DNA from: Macrostomum lignano
Taxonomy: Eukaryota
DNA length: 64,000 nt
Assembly: GCA_002269645.1 (NCBI GenBank)
Contig: NIVC01000449.1
Span: 186,001 to 250,000 of the forward strand
Direction of reading: 5' to 3'
This document shows, one piece after another, positions 61,111-64,000 of the stretch. The position numbers and the translations under genes are program-made. Under the pieces are notes generated by a model. It did not search any database. It was not told the origin of the DNA and saw nothing but the letters and a program-made list of their open reading frames with translations. Each line of letters opens with the position of its first letter. Positions within the stretch are counted from its first letter, which is position 1.

Positions 61111-61728
61111 TCATCGTGCCGAAAGGAATCGACATTCTACACCCAGATTTCAATTAGTAGATTGACGATCATGTGACCTTTCTTGACACCAAATTTCCAA
61201 TGTCTATCAACTTTAGGGAAATGTATTACTATTAAATTAAAATAGACATGCCTTTTACAAGTTTACCCTCGAACCATGGGTTGAAGAAGCGGCACAATGA
61301 CAACCCCTGGATCCCCTTAGCTGTGTCCTGCCAATTTTCGAGCACAATATTGCCCTAAATGAATGTACCTGCATGCACACGCAAGTCGACCCAGGGTACT
61401 CGTCCCCGCGTGTGTTCAAGGCAGTCCCTAGGGCTGCTGGACAGACTGGGTTCCGGCGCTGGCGACCCTATCCAGTGGCTTCGGCCGAATTTGGGTATGC
61501 GGGTCTGGCTCGCCAACCTGCAGGCCGTGGTACTGCTCAACGTACTCTCTAATGCCTAAGGTGTTGACCGTGCCGATGGGCTGGAAGGCCGGGGAGTAGT
61601 CCGGTCGCAAGCGGTCCCCCTCCTGGTGTCGGGCCAGCCTTGAGGGTGCTATTGGCCTACTGCCCGGTCAGGTGGAGCGGCCGGGTGGGTACCGCGCCCC
61701 TTTGAGGGTAGCCCACCAACCTTTTATC

Positions 61729-63249
61729 ATGGCCTTCGAGCCGTCTATGGATAATCAAGCTAACTCTAGGGACGGGGACCCTTCTAAACCCCAACCTCAG
61801 TCCGAAGGACCGGCCGGCCCTGCTGGCAGATCCCAACCGACTGATTCAACTGTGGCAAAGGAAGGACCGGCTGGCTCTGCTGGCAGATCCGACCAGAGCT
61901 ACCAAACTCAAAATACCCAAAGACCTGCCAGCTCCGCTGGTGGATCTAAGGGAACCGCGAGCTCTGAGCCTAAAGGACCGGCCAAATCTGGCAGATCCGA
62001 TGAAGCTCAGCGGGCTCGGCTTGAGCGCAAACGCGCTAAACAACGCGCCAAAAGGCAGGCCAAGAAGGGAGCTGCGGGGGCCAAAGCGGCGGCGTCCACC
62101 ATGGATGCTGAAGCGACTGGAGTCCCAAGGCAACCAGGCGGGCCGGCCGGTGGAAGCTCCAGTAGTTCAGCGGCGGCGCTCCCTGGAGCTGCTGCCGCGG
62201 CTGCTGAGGCCGAAACCACGGCGCAACAAATGGCCACTGCCAACAAGGAGGTTCCTTCGGGAGCTACCTTTGCGGCGAAGGCCAAGGCCAAAATCCCGGG
62301 AGTGATCATCCAAGGTCGCGACCAGGACTGGACCACTGATCAGCTTCAAAAAGTGTGGAGTGCTGTTGACTCCTATCTGATTGAGCTGACTGTCGAGGAG
62401 GGAATCTCCATCGGCATTGAGCGGATGGTGCTGCGAAGCACATTCGTTCTTATTGCTCCTAGCAGCGAGGAGGACGCTCGGCGGCTGCTCCAGCGGCTAC
62501 CGACGGTCTCCTTGGATGCTGACCTTGGCGGAGCTCTTTTTCTTCGCGAGGGCCAGCGTCCAAAGACGATACCCTATGTGGTTTTCGTCCCTGCTAAGAG
62601 CACCGCAGCTGGACCAGACGTTATTCGCCGGGTCCTACTGCGTCTGAACCCCGACCTCCCTGCTAGTGGACTGGTGTATCACCGTAAAGTCCGCAGGGGG
62701 GAGACGGGCAACTCAATTGTCCTCGGCCTTTCCAGCACTTGGGCGAGTCGGTACCCTAATGGATCCTCTTTCCAGCTGGGTGCCCTCAAGCTCAAGATGC
62801 GCCGAGGAAAGTCTGCCAAAGGGAAGGCTACTGCCAACCCCGGCATCTCCGGCAAGAGCGGGGCGCAGTCTAAGGCCCAAGGAAAGGCGCAAGCCGATCC
62901 CAAAGCCAAAGCTGCATCTCGCCCCTCTGCTAGCAGCAGTTCGGCGACCGCGGTAACGGCTCCGGCCAAGCCCCGGGAACCAAACCTGCCAGTCGGAGAA
63001 GGAGTTGAGGACGAGGCCGGGTCTTCGGAATCCGAGCTCTCCTCGGCCACCTTGGTGGGGTCTGAAGGTAAAGATGCAGGTGAGGAAGCTTCCTCCATCC
63101 TGTCATCGGAGCCTGAGGACTCTGCTGGGGGGGCCGGTGGGGGTGAGGAGGCCATGGACGTCGACCAACTCCCATCTCCCAGTCAAGCCCCAGCGGCCTG
63201 GGACGAGGACGATCTGTTGTCCAAGTCTCCTTATGGCCCGGGGCTCTAG
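61729..63249 (+). CDS. Retrotransposon ORF1 protein (506 aa from first ATG), DUF4780-like core, no CCHC knuckle seen
   Basis: Low-complexity N- and C-termini, a basic RLERKRAKQRAKRQAKK patch and a central globular region (VVFVP...RVLLRLNPDLPASG...IVLGL...FQLGALKL). It lies directly upstream of an APE ORF. The DUF4780 assignment is from recall of LOA-clade ORF1. Confidence 0.75.
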   Translation: MAFEPSMDNQANSRDGDPSKPQPQSEGPAGPAGRSQPTDSTVAKEGPAGSAGRSDQSYQTQNTQRPASSAGGSKGTASSEPKGPAKSGRSDEAQRARLERKRAKQRAKRQAKKGAAGAKAAASTMDAEATGVPRQPGGPAGGSSSSSAAALPGAAAAAAEAETTAQQMATANKEVPSGATFAAKAKAKIPGVIIQGRDQDWTTDQLQKVWSAVDSYLIELTVEEGISIGIERMVLRSTFVLIAPSSEEDARRLLQRLPTVSLDADLGGALFLREGQRPKTIPYVVFVPAKSTAAGPDVIRRVLLRLNPDLPASGLVYHRKVRRGETGNSIVLGLSSTWASRYPNGSSFQLGALKLKMRRGKSAKGKATANPGISGKSGAQSKAQGKAQADPKAKAASRPSASSSSATAVTAPAKPREPNLPVGEGVEDEAGSSESELSSATLVGSEGKDAGEEASSILSSEPEDSAGGAGGGEEAMDVDQLPSPSQAPAAWDEDDLLSKSPYGPGL

Positions 63250-63272
63250 CCAGCTATTGCATTTAGTACAGT

Positions 63273-64000
63273 ATGACTAAGCTCCACGCTGCCAAAGGAG
63301 TGACATTCTGTCTGCAAATTAATTTACAGCATTGCGTATCTGCGTCAGTAAATCTGATGAAGATTGCTGAGCTGTACAGGCCAGGCCTCATCCTGATCCA
63401 GGAACCCTGGATGCGCAACGGTAAGTTGCCCAACATTCCCTCTGGCTACTCTGATTTTTATGTGTGTGGCCCGGGGAACAGCCGCCCTAGAGCGGCTATC
63501 CTCGCTGCTAGCCATCTCCAGGCTTGGCTGAGGACTGATCTCTCTGATGGAGACCTTTGCGTCATCCAATCTAATCATTTCTCTCCGCGTACGTGTCTTG
63601 TTGCCTCGGTTTATATCCCAGGCGACAGAGACCCTGCTCCTGAGAGTTTACTGCGCCTCGCGCAGTACTGCGAGTCCCAGAACGCTGAGCTGTGCTTAGG
63701 GGGTGACCTCAACGCGCACCACAAGCACTGGGGCAGCAAAGATACCAACACTAGAGGAGAGGAGCTTCTGGCCCTCATCTCTAACACAAACCTCATGCTC
63801 TGCAACCGCGGCAGCACTCCTACCTTTAATAATGGCAGATGGACCGAGGTCCTCGACGCCACACTCGTTACCCCAAGACTCTTTGACAGAGTTGAGGAGT
63901 GGAGAGTCTGGTCTGAGGAGCCCTCCCTGTCTGACCACTGCTTTATCGCCTTTAACATCGCGGACACTAAAACCCAGTCTCCGATCACTTGGAGACGCAA
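63273..64000 (+). CDS. Retrotransposon ORF2, apurinic-like endonuclease (APE) domain, truncated by the window end (absent from the ORF track because it has no stop)
   Basis: Manual translation from ATG 63273 has no stop: LQINLQHC, LILIQEPW, ASVYIP, GGDLNAHHKHWGS..TN.RG, TPTF, LDATL, LSDHCFI. These are the canonical APE motifs. Confidence 0.93.
   Translation, partial: MTKLHAAKGVTFCLQINLQHCVSASVNLMKIAELYRPGLILIQEPWMRNGKLPNIPSGYSDFYVCGPGNSRPRAAILAASHLQAWLRTDLSDGDLCVIQSNHFSPRTCLVASVYIPGDRDPAPESLLRLAQYCESQNAELCLGGDLNAHHKHWGSKDTNTRGEELLALISNTNLMLCNRGSTPTFNNGRWTEVLDATLVTPRLFDRVEEWRVWSEEPSLSDHCFIAFNIADTKTQSPITWRR

Larger units (their letters stand above)
61300..64000 (+). mobile_element. 5' portion of an LOA/R1-group non-LTR retrotransposon (5' UTR, ORF1, start of ORF2); 5' boundary approximate
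   Basis: GC-rich UTR after AT-rich flank, uninterrupted ORF1, and an ORF2 AP-endonuclease open to the window end. Confidence 0.88.

Noticed and set aside
61631-61658. HDV-like ribozyme P1 helix (gggccag/ttggcct)
   Set aside because: Only 14 nt lie between the strands, too few for P2-P3-L3-P3, and no GG follows for P1.1. It is kept only as generic structure.

Overview
Eukaryotic (metazoan) genomic DNA with GT-AG spliceosomal introns, not a prokaryotic locus. The TTAGGG tracts, gene style and repeat families suggest a free-living flatworm such as Macrostomum; this is an inference from recall, not a database result. All exon models were reconstructed by eye from splice signals and reading-frame phase. 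(1) 1-17.1 kb: a tandem cluster of cGAS-like/Mab-21 nucleotidyltransferase (cGLR) genes. It holds a nonsense-disrupted paralog end (1-450) and two apparently intact spliced genes in which an ankyrin-repeat exon is joined through a phase-2 intron to a cGLR core retaining the GS..EG, DSDID and third-Asp motifs. Gene A (2800-6479, about 1057 aa) appears to splice on to a multi-pass hydrophobic last exon. Gene B (11589-17064, about 1369 aa) carries 12 atypical Cys-Cys ankyrin-like repeats and a hydrophobic C-terminus. Decayed P-element, RTE-like and candidate LTR fragments separate the two genes, and long inverted repeats flank them. (2) 20.6-22.0 kb: three-exon uracil-DNA glycosylase (UNG, minus strand). 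(3) 25.2-53.0 kb: PHTF-family gene (minus strand, at least 11 exons) whose larger introns are filled with different mini- and microsatellites, including a roughly 14.6 kb intron with a 2.86 kb higher-order duplication. (4) 53-64 kb: low-complexity and satellite DNA, short telomere-type tracts, a clean 340 bp MITE with an 8 bp target-site duplication, and the intact-looking 5' part (ORF1 plus AP endonuclease) of an LOA/R1-group non-LTR retrotransposon running off the window. The most interesting signal is the modular ankyrin-cGLR-(transmembrane) receptor cluster.
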